From: Octopus vulgaris
Taxonomy: Eukaryota
NCBI GenBank assembly: GCA_951406725.2
Contig: OX597824.1
Coordinates: forward strand, 50,468,001-50,532,000
Direction: 5' to 3'
Length of the DNA stretch: 64,000 nucleotides
The notes under the pieces are model-generated. The model saw only the letters and a list, made by a program, of their open reading frames with translations. It did no database searches and had not been told where the DNA came from. The translations under genes were made by a program, and so were the position numbers. Of the stretch, positions 27,210-41,387 are shown piece by piece (the first letter of the stretch is position 1; the number at the start of each line of letters is the position of its first letter).

Positions 27210-27636
27210 ATATTGTTATTATTATATAAAATTATTGAAAAACCGTTCGATAACAAAAACTGCAGCAACATCAGCAACGAAATCACTGTATATGCACCTT
27301 CTTAATCAAAAGAAAATATAGCGAAGGATAACAAAACTATCATTACAATTGCTTTTAATGATATCTTTTTTACAAGAATATCTTAGATGTTTTATCTTTT
27401 AGCATTTCCTCTTACTTGACCGCCGCCAAATCGGGGCACTGCTATAAAAACTTATTTGCTGAATGAACCGACCCCAGTACCTATGTTTTTTGAAGCCTGG
27501 TACTTATCCTATCGTTGTTTTTTTTTCTCGAACCGCTAGGTTACGGGGACGCAAATCCACCAACTCCGGTTGTCAAACATCGTGATGGGCAGACATAGAC
27601 ACAAAGACACACACACACACACACACACACACACTC

Positions 27637-27684
<48 letters not shown>

Positions 27685-27686
<2 letters not shown>

Positions 27687-29602
27687 GGCATGGGTGGGGC
27701 CCTGATCAACTTGGATCAATCCAAAGCTTCCGATAGGGCCGACCATCGATACTTGGAGACTGTGCTCATAGCGGCTGGTTTCGGTCACATCTTCCGCGGC
27801 TGGATATCTGCTTTGTACAGAGGCATCCGTTCGGTAATTTGCGTAAATGGACATCTATCGAGACCTTTCGACATTGCACGTTCGGTCCGTCAGGGATACC
27901 TCTCTCGTTGCTTCTATACGTATTGACTCTCGAGCCACTACTGCGGAAGCTGGCGACGCTGAGGGGCATCCCGTGAGAACTTGGATGCGGGACGAGCGTG
28001 TCTGCATCACCATAGTGTCTAGCCTGAAGCTGGTCGGCGAGACACTGAAAGACTGCGAAGCGGTAACAGGAGCGAAAATCAACCGGAAAAAGTCAGTGGG
28101 CTTGCGGCTCGGCTCCTGGAGAAACAAGCCCATGCCGTCCACCAGCGCCTCCGTTGTGGGACGCAGGACCGACGGCCCGGTTGAGTTGCTCTGGGTCTGG
28201 TTTGGTCCGGACTGGAAGAACTGGAACGAGATAACGAGTAGGGTGATCACTCTCGTCCAGCAATGGGCCGAGTGGAAGCTTTCCATCTATTATCTACTAC
28301 CGCCTGACCATCGTGCCTTGTCCCGACCCTACCATCACCAAACTGGAACGCATTCTCCTCCGCTTGTTGTGGACAGGATGCGTTCCGATGGTCAGGCGAT
28401 CGGTTTGCTGCCAACACCCGTTAAAAGGAGGGCTCGGCATGCCGTGGTTGATGATGCGCAAACACACGCTGAGACTGCGACATATCCAGCTCTACGTAGA
28501 CGACGGTGAACAGGTGTGGTCGCCGTTTGTGAGGTGCGCTTTCCCGCAGCTCGTCTTTATGACCAAATTGCAGTCGTGGATCAAAAAGAGGCCGAGGAAG
28601 GGCGAATGGCACCGCGTGTCGCATTGCTCTCAAGCAACTATGCCGTCCCGGGTCGACCTTGAGCGACTTGAACACAACCAAAGTATTCTATATGGGATTA
28701 GTGAAGGGGAGGTACGATCACGATCTCGGGGTGAACCTGGGCATCGACGAGGAATGCCTGACCCGCCTGTTCAAGAAGACTTTCAGGCCGAGACCTATGA
28801 ACAACTTCCAGAGACCCCTGGCCTGGCAGTGCTATCGAGAAGCGCTACCCGTTCGGGATAAGCTCTACTGGCATGGCTCGAGAAACACGGAGCCGACTTG
28901 TCCGAGATGCGGTCAGAGCGAGGAAACCGTCCTGCACGCACTCGTACTGTGTCCAATCATTTCCGACCTGTGGGCCTATGTCGAACGATTGCTGTCACGT
29001 GTGGGACGAGTCAGTTCATCAACCGAGTCTATCGTGAATATTGTCGCGTCTCCTTCCTTGAAACGAGAAGGAAGGGCCATTTTCATCTTACTTGTGACTA
29101 TGGCGAAAGAATGTGTATGGTGGACGCGTCTGAAAGGTCTAGAGACAAACACTTTCCGCTCTGGTCAATCTCTCATCAACTTGTCCAAGTATCACTTGAA
29201 GAGGAAGGCGAGAGTAGAGAGGGAAGTTTTGTCTAGTAAATGTTTAAAAAAAAGATGGGTGAATGTAACAAGGATGGCACGTGTGAATAACGGAACCAGC
29301 GTGAGCATAATCCTATGAACCAAAACAAAAAAGAAAGGAAAAAAGAGAGTCACTTACTGTAATGTGTTTTTTCGCATGACACTATTGCCCAATGTTCCAG
29401 TGGTCTTTTCCGTAGGCTTTCCTTTCCGCGGATAAACCTAATCTGTTTTTCCCTTTTACATTGACATTTCTATGATACACGATCCCTATTGATCGGCCCC
29501 GTTTTTTTTCAATGATCCCTTTTGATCAGAATTCGGCCCATTTTTCTTCTTCTTTGTATTTTGTCCCCTCTGTGTTCAGCCCTGTGTAGCCAGTAAAGAA
29601 GC
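27685..29602 (+). mobile_element. Tx1-like LINE, 5'-truncated, decayed
   Basis: LINLDQSKA.DR.DH, SVRQG, GGLG, CPRCGQSEETVLHALVLC. Highly similar to 43384-45935. It interrupts a family A SINE (27420-27600 / 29797-29860, minus strand). Confidence 0.9.
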
Positions 29603-29603
29603 A

Positions 29604-29744
<141 letters not shown>

Positions 29745-29899
29745 GTCTATGTATGTATGTATGTATGTATGTATGTATGTATGTATGTATGTATATGATG
29801 GGCTCCATTCAGTTTCCGTCTACCAAATCCACAATTTCACTCACAGATTATAGTGGAAGACACTAAAAGACTATCACTAGCCTGCAACAATCTATTCTA

Positions 29900-30520
29900 G
29901 AAAAGTCAGGTAATCTATTTGTGTTTTTCCAAGCAAGTCAAAACCTAAATTGGACGCGACATAACTCCCTATATATTGCCCAACAATATTCGGGAAGAAA
30001 GAACTGAAGGTTCGCGCCAGAGTCATCTTTGCCTATGTTGATCGCTGGTTAGTCGTTGTCAGTGGTCAGTACAGTTTTAACTTTTGGCGATATGCAACCC
30101 CGAGAGGTGAGAACAAGAGATAAAAACCCGCATGATACATAAGACCGCAGAACAGTCCTGAAGCTGTGCTGAGTAAAGTATGCTAGCAGGAAGGCATTAA
30201 AATTCAGTATCCGGTACACTTGTGTCAGTATAAGACATTTAAGCGTTTTCTGCTCAGAAGGACTAGAAGGGTAAAAAAGTAAAAACGAAAAAATCAGCAA
30301 CAAATATAATGTACGTTGCTGGTGCTAAAGTGGTACCGGGTACAACACTGGAGCCACAAAAGAAAAATCCTCCATCCTAATTTCCAGGATTAAAGTCCAC
30401 CAAAGCATCCTATCCCAATCTCTGTCGGATGCGATACACGTATCCATCAACAATAACAGCAACAAGTGTAGGAACAAAATTACTAGGAAGTACCACTTCA
30501 CACCAGTACACCCATCTACC
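29900..30520 (+). pseudogene. Possible RTE-like LINE relic
   Basis: Weak remnant RKILHPNFQD-KV..ILS, resembling RTE LRKIL.I.WQDKV. Confidence 0.3.
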
Positions 30521-30755
30521 ACAAAGGATGGGGAGCAGACTATCTTTAAGATATCACGTTAGCGCTAGTTAGTATATACATGAATGGGTGTGTATATATG
30601 TGTATGCATACATGTATTTATGTGTATGCATGTATGTATTATGTATGTATGTATGTATGTAAGTTTAAATGGATGCATATGGTTATTGCGCATATGAGAG
30701 GGTGGCTGTTTTATATACGTATATATATATAAATAATATATAATGTAATAATAAT

Positions 30756-30798
<43 letters not shown>

Positions 30799-30876
30799 TA
30801 TTACTATTTATGTAAGCACTTATATAAATGTGTATACACACATACACACACATATGCATGCAGACATATAAGCATC

Positions 30877-30928
<52 letters not shown>

Positions 30929-31244
30929 TGTATGTATGTATGTGTGTGTGTGTGTGTGTGTGTATTTATACATATGTGTGTGTCTATATGCATGTGCATG
31001 TCTGATTGTGAGTGTTATCAAAAGCTGTCTGGTCATACCACATGATGGGTGTGGCAGTTAGGGCATTGATGTGTGAAAAATCAATTGTTGTATACTGGAA
31101 CTACTTCAGTTTTTTTCGGTGTCAGTTTTCTGTTCGTCGGGAGATATATAATCACGATTGCTTCAACAAACTCTGTGAAAAATGATGTTAACATCAGATA
31201 TAGATAAAATGAGAGACAGACAGATAAGTAGTTAGGTAGGTAGG

Positions 31245-31331
<87 letters not shown>

Positions 31332-31526
31332 CGGAAGACAAACATAGATAGAGATGTTGATAAGTAGGTAGAAAGAAAGGAAGTTCAGATTGATATAGAT
31401 ACGCTGATGATTATGTAAACATTAAGGTTGAGACGCGGCGATTGGTAAGAAACGGATAGATTTGATGCCACCTATATATATATATATATATATATACACA
31501 TACACACAAGGTATATCCTATCCTAT

Positions 31527-31621
<95 letters not shown>

Positions 31622-32272
31622 ATGCATGTGTGTGTGTGTATACATACATATATAATGATAGCGTCATAAATGCATAAATAAAAATATACACATCATATAA
31701 ATATACAGATCTATGCTCGTATGAACGAGTATATGTGTTCTTTCATACGAGCATAAATGTGTATATTTATATTTATGCATTTATGACGCCTTCTGTCTTT
31801 CTTCTTTTCTTTGTTTGTTTGTTTCTTTCTTCCTTCCTGCCTTTCTTTCTTTCTTCCTTTCTTTATTTCTTCCTTTCTTTCTTTCTCCCTTCCTTCCTTT
31901 CTTTTTCTTTCTTTCTTTCTTTCTTATTTTCTCTCCTTTCACAAACTCTCTCTCTCTCTCACACACACACACACTCTTCGTCTGCCTGCCTGCCTGTCTA
32001 TCTATCATTCTCTCTCTCTCACGCCCTCTCTCTCTAAATATCTCTATATCTAAGTTCTTTAGGGTCTCTCTCACTAAATACACATACAACTAACAGACCC
32101 ACCCACCAACAGGTAACTATAATTATATACATTTACAAAAGCATATTAAATCTATACGCGTGAATATACGAGTGTATGTCAGCTCACACACATACTCTTT
32201 GATGAACAGCTCACATGTACGTGTATTTCTGTATACACACACACATATACACATACACATACACACATATTC

Positions 32273-32320
<48 letters not shown>

Positions 32321-32715
32321 TCATATAACTGCATACACATGCTTAATAGTGTCAAAATGTACATATATATACGTGCGTGTTTGTATGTGTGTATGTGTGC
32401 ATATTTGTGCGTAATTATGTGTGTGTATGTGAGTTTGTGAGAAGGTGTGTACAAAATACATGTGGTAAGCGCATCTTCTCGAGTTGCCTTTACGCGATGT
32501 TAATAACCATTCTGGTGACAGTGGATGGTCGTAAAACTCATGCAATAGATACCAAATTTGGTGAGTCTATTCAGACGTAAAGCAAACAGGTCATGTCTTC
32601 TTTTCTCTCTCATTCTCTCTCTCTCTACATCCAGCTTTCTTTCTCTTTCTCCCTCTCCAATGATTTGTGTCTCCTTTTACTCTGTTTTCCACCTTCTATT
32701 TCTACATACGAATAC

Positions 32716-33024
<309 letters not shown>

Positions 33025-33447
33025 CCCCACTCTCTCACTGTCTATCTCTATCGGTTTTTCACTCACTCTGTTTCTCTAGCTTCCTCGATTTTCTTCATCT
33101 CCTTCACTCCAGATCCGCATCTATTCTCATATACACATATACTTCCATTTTACGGTCCGTCCACCATATCGCTCTTCCATTTTCCTCTCATTTTCTCTTT
33201 TTTCTTTGCCCCCTCCTCTTTCTCCTTCCTTTGCTTTCTCTTTCCAATTCCACCTCTTTTGCTGTCACTCACTCTCTTAGCACAATTGTCCTCCATTACA
33301 ATACAATTGTCCTCTTACATCTAATATATGTAGTAACATTTACTGTAGGTCGTCGTTCCGTAAATTACACGTCTTTTTTCCCAATATTCTCTCCCTTTCT
33401 CTCTTTTCCTTCTCTCTCTCACTCGTTCTCTCTTCCTGTCTCTATCC

Positions 33448-33496
<49 letters not shown>

Positions 33497-33836
33497 CTAC
33501 ACTATCGTTTCCCATTTCATTCTACATCACTTCTTCCCTTATATCCATTTACAACACACTTGTCGTCTGACATATGTAACCATTTGCCGTCACTTGCTCC
33601 GCTGCTCTTCGTCCTTTCTCGCCATTCGCTTCCCACACTTCCTTCATTCTTTGTTATATTTCTCACCCGAAATGATAACTTCTACATTTGTCTCTTTCTC
33701 TTACATACACACACACATACATACGTATGTACATACATATATACATATATGTGTGTATATATATGTATGTATGTATGTATGTACGTATGTCTCTCTCTCT
33801 CTCTCTGTGTATATATATGTGTGTGAGTGTGTGAGT

Positions 33837-33897
<61 letters not shown>

Positions 33898-33953
33898 TAA
33901 TATCAGCAGCAGTTTGCAATGTTTCACCAAAAAGGAGAATTACAAATGTCACT

Positions 33954-34216
33954 AAATGCGACTAAGGTGTTAGACAACACCTGCATTGCTAGAAATAAGA
34001 GCTAAAACGCTTTAATGCTGTAGTTAACGCACACGAATGAAAACATATACACTAACACGGGACCATAATCGTCCGCAAAATGCCGATCGAGAATGTTTAA
34101 TACTGAAGCGTCAGTTTCGGAAATTTCCTTCGCCTCATCACTTAAACCAGCATTAGACTGCTTTAGCTCTTATTTCTAGCAATGTAGGTGTTGTCTAACA
34201 CACTAGTGGCATCACA

Positions 34217-34220
<4 letters not shown>
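33954..34220. repeat. Fold-back element (~70-bp arms) with an HHR in the loop
   Basis: gtgttagacaacacctgcattgctagaaataagagctaaa / tttagctcttatttctagcaatgtaggtgttgtctaacac. Confidence 0.8.
34095..34147 (-). ncRNA. Type I hammerhead ribozyme (C3G-mutated)
   Basis: gtttaa GTGATGA gg..cc GAAA ctga-cgct-tcag TA ttaaac, with a 6-bp stem I and 4-bp stem III. Confidence 0.7.
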
Positions 34221-34247
<27 letters not shown>

Positions 34248-34321
34248 GTTTTACGGGAACGTAAACAAACGAACACAGTTGTCAAGCGGTGTGAGAACAA
34301 GCAAACAGAAAAACATACATA

Positions 34322-34793
34322 CCGTAAATCTTCGAGTATAGTCCACCCTTGAGTATAAACCTTGTGTATAATACGCACTCCCCTAACTTGAGTCATGCGT
34401 AATTAAGCCAGCAGCACCTAGTCGAACAAACACTTCCACGCATGCGTAATACAATAATGATGTTCTTAACTGTTATATGGGAATGTAAATATGCTTGCAA
34501 ATTGTTTTTATTATATATTACTCTGTGTTCTGAATACTTTTATTTTAATAAATGTTGCTTACTGCAAGTTATGGATGATTCTTTTATAACATAATTGCTT
34601 TCAAGTTTAGCTTAAGGTATTTTCGCGCCCGACAACACAAAATTCGTCTGAATAAACATTGCCGGACAGCAAATAGAGACTCGGACATTGCTCAGAAAAT
34701 ATCTTTCATTTTTAACCTCGTATATAGTACGCACTAGGGATTTTGACCTTTAAATTTTGGGGGAAAATGCGGATTATACTCGAGGATTTACTG
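34322..34793. mobile_element. pogo/Tigger-like MITE
   Basis: TIRs ta|ccgtaaatcttcgagtatagtcc ... ggattatactcgaggatttactg|ta with TA flanks. Confidence 0.75.
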
Positions 34794-35010
34794 TATATAC
34801 ATACAAAACATCAAGACGTATGAGAAATTGATTTGTATTTAATCAAGTGACTTCAATAAGATTACAGCAGTTATGTGTCATGAAAGAAAATGTGCGTATA
34901 TGTTTCCCCTAATATGTATATTAACAAATTTATCAAATAAAGAAACCTGACTTATCAGATCACTGTGAAAACCGAATGCTTCTCTGAATTCACATTTTAT
35001 GCCACTCATT

Positions 35011-35043
<33 letters not shown>

Positions 35044-35492
35044 ACAAACACACACACACACACACACTCACACGCACTGACACGCACACACACACATAAT
35101 AGAACGAGGGATGATCGCAATACTCACTTTGTTGTTGAAAATCTGAGTCACTCCTGACCTTTCAAAAATTAATGATTAAATTAAACTTCTGGCGTTGCCT
35201 TCCAGAACTGTTCTTCGATCGGAATATGTTTTAGTAATATGTATGTATATGTGTATGTGTATCTGTCTGTCTGTCTGTCTGTCTGTATGTATGCATGTGT
35301 GTATGTACGTCTGTCTAATTGTTGTATGTATGTATGTGTGTATATATGTTTATTTATATATATATGTCTGTGTGTGTGTGTAACTATATATATATATATG
35401 TGCGGGTGTGTGTGTAAATATATATATATATATGTGTGTATGTGTGTGTGTGTGTAAATAAATATATATATATATGTGCGTGTGTGTGTGTG

Positions 35493-35535
<43 letters not shown>

Positions 35536-35578
35536 GAAGATTAGGAATGCTTGAGTTGATATATATATATATATATAT

Positions 35579-35990
35579 GGAAAAATAGTCAAGGTAGAAA
35601 ATGCTACAATAATTTTATAAAAAACATTTCAGTACCGTAAGTATGGAAAAAATTAAACTTTGGAAAAATTAAATGAAAAGTTTTTAAAAGAATATTTGCA
35701 TAGTATTCAAATACAAGGTGTTTTTCCTTGTTTCTGCCTGTCTCTGTCTCTCTTGTATAGTCTTGTGGTTTCAAAGAGTAAACAAGAGAGACAGAGACAG
35801 GCAGAAACCAGAAAAGTGCCCCTTGTATTTGAATATTATGCAAATATTCTTTAAAAAAACTTTTCTTTTAGTTTTTCCAAAATTTAATTGTTTTCCATAC
35901 TTACAGTTGAAAAAGTCTCAATGACCCAAAACCGGTACTGAAATGTTTCTTATAAAATTATTTTAGCATTTTCTACCTTGACTTTTTTCC
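35579..35990. mobile_element. ~410-bp palindrome built from a PLE pseudo-LTR, in (TA)n
   Basis: The arms are reverse complements. The right arm matches 3630-3790, including a decayed TTGAAAA HHR at 35904-35940. Confidence 0.85.
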
Positions 35991-36055
35991 ATATATATAT
36001 GCATGCGGGTGTGTATGTGTGTGTGTGAAAATATAATATAATATAATATAATATA

Positions 36056-36098
<43 letters not shown>

Positions 36099-36390
36099 GT
36101 GTGTGTGTGTGTGTATGTGTGTATGGGTAGCCATCAACTTGTTCTATTAAAAAGCTCTCTAACCCAATAACCGTATGCTATTTTTTATAACTTATCTAAG
36201 GCGTCGTGCTATCAGAATCGTTAGTATGCCGGGCCAAATGCTTCGCTGCATTTCATACGTCTTTACGTTCTGAAATCAAATGCTACTGAGATCAACTTTG
36301 CCTTCACCATTACATAATTCTTTCATCATTTTCACTCTGTCTCTTTCTTTCACTCTCTTTCTCATATTCTCTCTCTCCATCTCCGCCCTC

Positions 36391-36423
<33 letters not shown>

Positions 36424-36721
36424 TCTCTGTCTTTCTCGCTCTGTCTGTGGTCTCTCTCTTTCCAACCATTTTTTCTCGGACTTCATTTCTTCAGCTTCAT
36501 CCTAATCACTGCTATTTGTCTCCTCCTCTCACTTGTTGGCTGAGGTTAGTATAACAATACGTCGCTCTATCAGTTTTCCTCATTTCTCATTCTCTCTCAT
36601 CCATCATTTCTTTCTTCCTTCCTTTCTTTCTTTCTTTCTTTTTTTCGTTCTTTCTCTCTTTCTTTCTTTCTTTCTTTTTTTCTCGCGGTCTCCATATCTC
36701 AGCTTCTTTTCTTTCAATACA

Positions 36722-36762
<41 letters not shown>

Positions 36763-38189
36763 ACACACACGAACATACATACATACATACATGCATGCAT
36801 GCATACATACATACATACATACATACATACATACATACATACATACATACATACATACATACATACATGCATGCATGCATACATACATACATACATACAT
36901 ACATACATACATACATACATACATACATACATACATACATACATGCATACATACATACATACATACATGCATACATACATAGCATTACTTCGCATCCATC
37001 AGTCCATCTATCCAACCATACATGCATACAAATGTACACACACAGCCCAAATCTTTGCTACCCATTTCCATCCATTTCACAACCTTTCTCTCTCTCTCTT
37101 TCTTTCTCTCTCTCTCTTTCTTTCTCTCTCTCTCTTTCTTTCTCTCTCAGTCTTTTTCTCTGTCTCTCTAACTACCAACCCCACGTCCGTCTCTGTTTTT
37201 ATTATTCTCCATAACCTTTACAGTACATTGGTCGTCTGGCAAATATAATTATTTTCTGGCGACTATTCCTTAACCACACAAAGACGCCTTCTTTATGGTT
37301 ATCACCCCCTTTCCTATCTCGCTTTCATTATTCTCATTACATCTCAAACATCAACAACTTCCTCTCCACATCTTCACATGACGAGGATGATGATGATCTT
37401 CTTCTTCTTCTTCTTCTTCTTCTTCTTCTTCTTCTTCTTCTTCTTCTTCTTCTTCTTCTTCTTCACCTTCCTCTTCTACTTCTTCTTCTTCTTGTCTTCC
37501 CTCTCCTCTTCCTCCTCCTCCCTCTCCTCTTCCTCCTCCTCTTCCTCCTCCTTCTACTTGTTCTTCTTCTTGTCTTCCTCCTCCTCCTCCTTCTTCTTCT
37601 TCTTCTTCTTCTTCTCCTTCTTCTTGTCTTCCTCCTCCTCCTCCTCCTCCTCCTCTTCCGCCTCCTCCTCCTCCTCCCCCTCCTCCTCCTTCTTCTTCGT
37701 CTTCTCCTCCTCCTCCTTCTCTCATACGCACACTCTTTATCCGTCTATCTCTCATTTTCGTCTTTTCCCCATTCTATGTGTTCTCCCATTTTTGCCGTAT
37801 TTCTTTCATCATTATTCTTTCGCTTCTTCTTCCATCTCACTTTCCCTCTTTGGCTTTCTCTGTCTGTCTGCCTGTCTCTCATTCATTCATTTTCTCACTA
37901 AACTTTTGCTTTCTTTCTGATTTCCCCCTCTACTCTTCTCTAACTTTTGCGTCCTCTCTCCCCCTCCCCCTCTCTCTCTCTCTCTCTCCCTTCACGCTCA
38001 CAATTACTTCCGCACCACCTCCCACCCCTAATTGCTTTGTTTTTCTATTCCTTACAAACTTTGAACCTTTTCCTCACTCTCTCGTGTAACTTCGTCTTCT
38101 CTTTTCTCCTGTCTCTCCATTCATCTACCTAGCTATCTTTATATCTGTCCGGCAAATTGCGACTCTGCCTATGTCTATCTGTCTATCTG

Positions 38190-38341
<152 letters not shown>

Positions 38342-38695
38342 GCTAGCTAGCTAGCTAGCTACTAGCTAGCTTGCTGCGTGTATATATAAGTATATATATG
38401 TGTGTGTGTGACTACTTTTATGTGTGTGTGTGTATGTGACGGAGATAGAAAGGGGGAGAGAGAGTGTGAGCGATTTCGAATATGTACGAGCACTCGTGTG
38501 TATATGCATCAAATATATATATATATATAGTGCAGAGTTAGCCGGTGTAATAACCGACTAAGGGATAAAATATCCGTATGTACTATCGGTATCCGTTACC
38601 CGTGTTATCTTCGGGCATTAGTGTGCAGGCACACTATGCACGTAGAGTGCAGATAACAGCACGATAAACAAGAGTTTATCAGGAAACAAATAAAA

Positions 38696-38957
38696 ATAAT
38701 CAGAAAATGGAGAAAACCTCAGATTAATAAACACATCGATTGGACCACATTTATAGCTTATTTTTAATATACAAAGCATGACATAACAAGTAGGTAACAT
38801 AACATTACGACTGTTTCTGCATCCGTTTCCAAGCGGAAACGGCCGTAAGGTTTGCTACCTCACCTACTTGTTATGTCATGCTTTGTATATTAAAAAATAA
38901 GCTATAAATGTGGTCCAATCGATGTGTTTATTAATCTGAGGTTTTCTCCGTTTTCTG

Positions 38958-38962
<5 letters not shown>
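38696..38962. repeat. Fold-back element with ~100-bp near-perfect arms, folding inside an HHR
   Basis: ataatcagaaaatggagaaaacctcag.. / ..ctgaggttttctccgttttctgattat. The centre retains GAAA cggccg TA (38836-38847) and a decayed mirror copy. Confidence 0.8.
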
Positions 38963-39011
<49 letters not shown>

Positions 39012-39047
39012 ATACATATTTGTGTACATATATATTTATATACACCC

Positions 39048-39096
<49 letters not shown>

Positions 39097-39348
39097 CATG
39101 TATGTATGTATGTATATATATATGTGTGTGTGTGTTGTCAAAAATGTAACTATAAGTGGACTGTTGGTAATTGTCTTCCTCCTCCCTTTTCCTCTAGACT
39201 TTCCTATATTTCCTGCTTCCGAACGTAAAACAACCACTCTTTTCCTTCTCTGAGCGTCTTATTAATACTTTACATGTGCTACGTCCTCACATTGTTCTTT
39301 TCTTGTCTTTTAGTCGTTTTTTTAATTATGTGTGTATATATGTATGTG

Positions 39349-39412
<64 letters not shown>

Positions 39413-39449
39413 TATAGGTGCAGGAGTAGTCGTGTGGTAAGAAGCTTGC

Positions 39450-41387
39450 ATCCGGTTCCAGTTGTTAGTTGTTCTTCACTTGCCTGTTGAAGTCGCCACG
39501 CTGGTGTTCAGCTTTCGAAAATTGAATTGAAGTCGTCACGCTGGTGTGCAGCTGGCGAAAATTAAAAGACGCTCTACTGTAAGGTAAGACGTTTTGCTCT
39601 TTGAGTCCAGTAGGATTTGTTGCTTGAAGTTTTAATTTTTTTTGTACTAGCAAGGAGTCCTGACTGGATTCGGAGCTTTTTGTCTGCCTTGCGGTGGAGA
39701 CGTGAGTGTTTTCTCACATAATTGTGAGAAATTGTGTTTTCCTTGTGGATTATTGGCCAGGAGTACCTTTTCGGCCGAAAATTAATTTCTTTGCCAGGAT
39801 TTGAACTCTCTTTTTCAAAGCTTTCATTTATCTAAAAAAAAAAAAAAAAAAAGAACTTTATTTGAACTGTTATTTTAATTTTATTTCTTCCCTTCTGTTG
39901 TGTCTTTCCTTCTTCGTTTTTTTGTGTCTTTCTTTATTTTACACTTTGAACCATATTTGAACTTTCTTTTAAATAGCGAAGGAATTTCTTGTGTGGGACT
40001 TAACACCTCCCCAAAAATGGATGAAAGAGCTCGAAAGGAAGACGGTGGTGTTGAGGACTTATTCAAAGTCGCTCGACACCATAACTGTCTTCTCGAAGGC
40101 CACAATTTTGAAAGAGCTGGCAGATTACATGCCAGCCATTAAATTCATTTCACGGGAAGTCAAGTATGCAACGGTCTGGTTGCTATTTGACTCCCCCCAA
40201 GAAGCTTGCGATTTTGCAAGCCGGCCCCTCGAGGGCAAGGAAATCATGTTCCTTCTTAGCTATTGTGGAAAGAAATTATTGAGGGCTTGGGTCTGCAGTT
40301 TGTCACCCGGAATTGAGCCCGAGTGGATAGAGAACTCTATCCACCGGGGTCTGGGTGGTAGCAGTACCAAGCTGCTTAATGTGAAAATCTTGCCTGCGGT
40401 TGATTGGGAGGGGTCAAAAGCTGTTTTGACCCTACGGACCCAATCAGCCGAAAGTCTGATCTTTCCAGATTTTTTTAAGATGGCCGGGTCTAGGTATCCG
40501 GTGATGCTCGAGGGACGCCCCCCCCCCAAGTGTCACCTGTGCCTGGAGACCGGCCACATTAAGAAAAACTGCCCCAAGAACCAAAATAGGATCCTGGAGC
40601 AGTTAATAGTGGAATCTCTCCCTGCTCCCTCAATGGAGGGAGAGAAGGAGGAGGATGACGAAGTTTCTACCTCCTCGAAAAAATGATAACGAAAGGTGGG
40701 CAACAATGGTAGCCCACCGAAGGTCCCGAGGGCTGCGGGAGAAAAGGAGGACCTGCTGCACGCGTCACAGGAACCTCACTCTCTCGTGGCCCAGGGGAAA
40801 AAGAAAAAAAGAAAGAAGAAAAACGAGACATTGCCGGCGGGTTGTGACACGCTGCCGGCGTGTCCCAATTCTCCTCCGGCGGGTGTGCCGCTGGAGGATG
40901 AATTTGTGGTCCTCTTCCACAAATGAAGTCAAGAAAATGGAAAGGAGGGGGCCGAAGGGAGGAACTTCTGTCCTGCACGGAGGACCCTGAGTGGCCTTCG
41001 CAGGTGGCTGCGGAAGTCCTATGAGATAGTGATCTGTGCAGGATCATGAATTCCTTCCCGGAGGACTCCTACAGATTTATGGCTGTGTGGTCCGGCCTGG
41101 AACCGAGTACATGCTTCAATGAGGATACTAGTCGGCCGGATAACCTGAACGAGTCTACAAAATGTGAAATATGTGACTTTTTGTGTAATGTACGAGGTTT
41201 ATAGCCTCATTGTGTTTTAAAAAAAGAAAAAAGAACATTGTTTTAGAGAAGCGAAAGTCGGCGGGCGCTTTTCGTTTTCTCCCATCATCATCATTTTTGC
41301 ATCATTATCATTCATCCCATTAATGTCCGTGTCCAGCCCGCAAAGCTTCTATCTGTGTGATGCCCTTATGGCAAATTATATGAAATA
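39450..41387 (+). mobile_element. ORF1-only L1/Tx1-like retroposon with 11-bp TSD
   Basis: TSD aagaagcttgc at 39439-39449 and 41388-41398 splits a family A SINE. There is an AATAAA at the 3' end and no APE or RT was seen. Confidence 0.8.
39991..40686 (+). CDS. LINE ORF1-like protein with CCHC zinc knuckle (likely start at 40018)
   Basis: RYPVMLEGRPPPKCHLCLETGHIKKNCP, an RRM-like N-terminus and an acidic/low-complexity tail. Confidence 0.8.
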   Translation: MWDLTPPQKWMKELERKTVVLRTYSKSLDTITVFSKATILKELADYMPAIKFISREVKYATVWLLFDSPQEACDFASRPLEGKEIMFLLSYCGKKLLRAWVCSLSPGIEPEWIENSIHRGLGGSSTKLLNVKILPAVDWEGSKAVLTLRTQSAESLIFPDFFKMAGSRYPVMLEGRPPPKCHLCLETGHIKKNCPKNQNRILEQLIVESLPAPSMEGEKEEDDEVSTSSKK

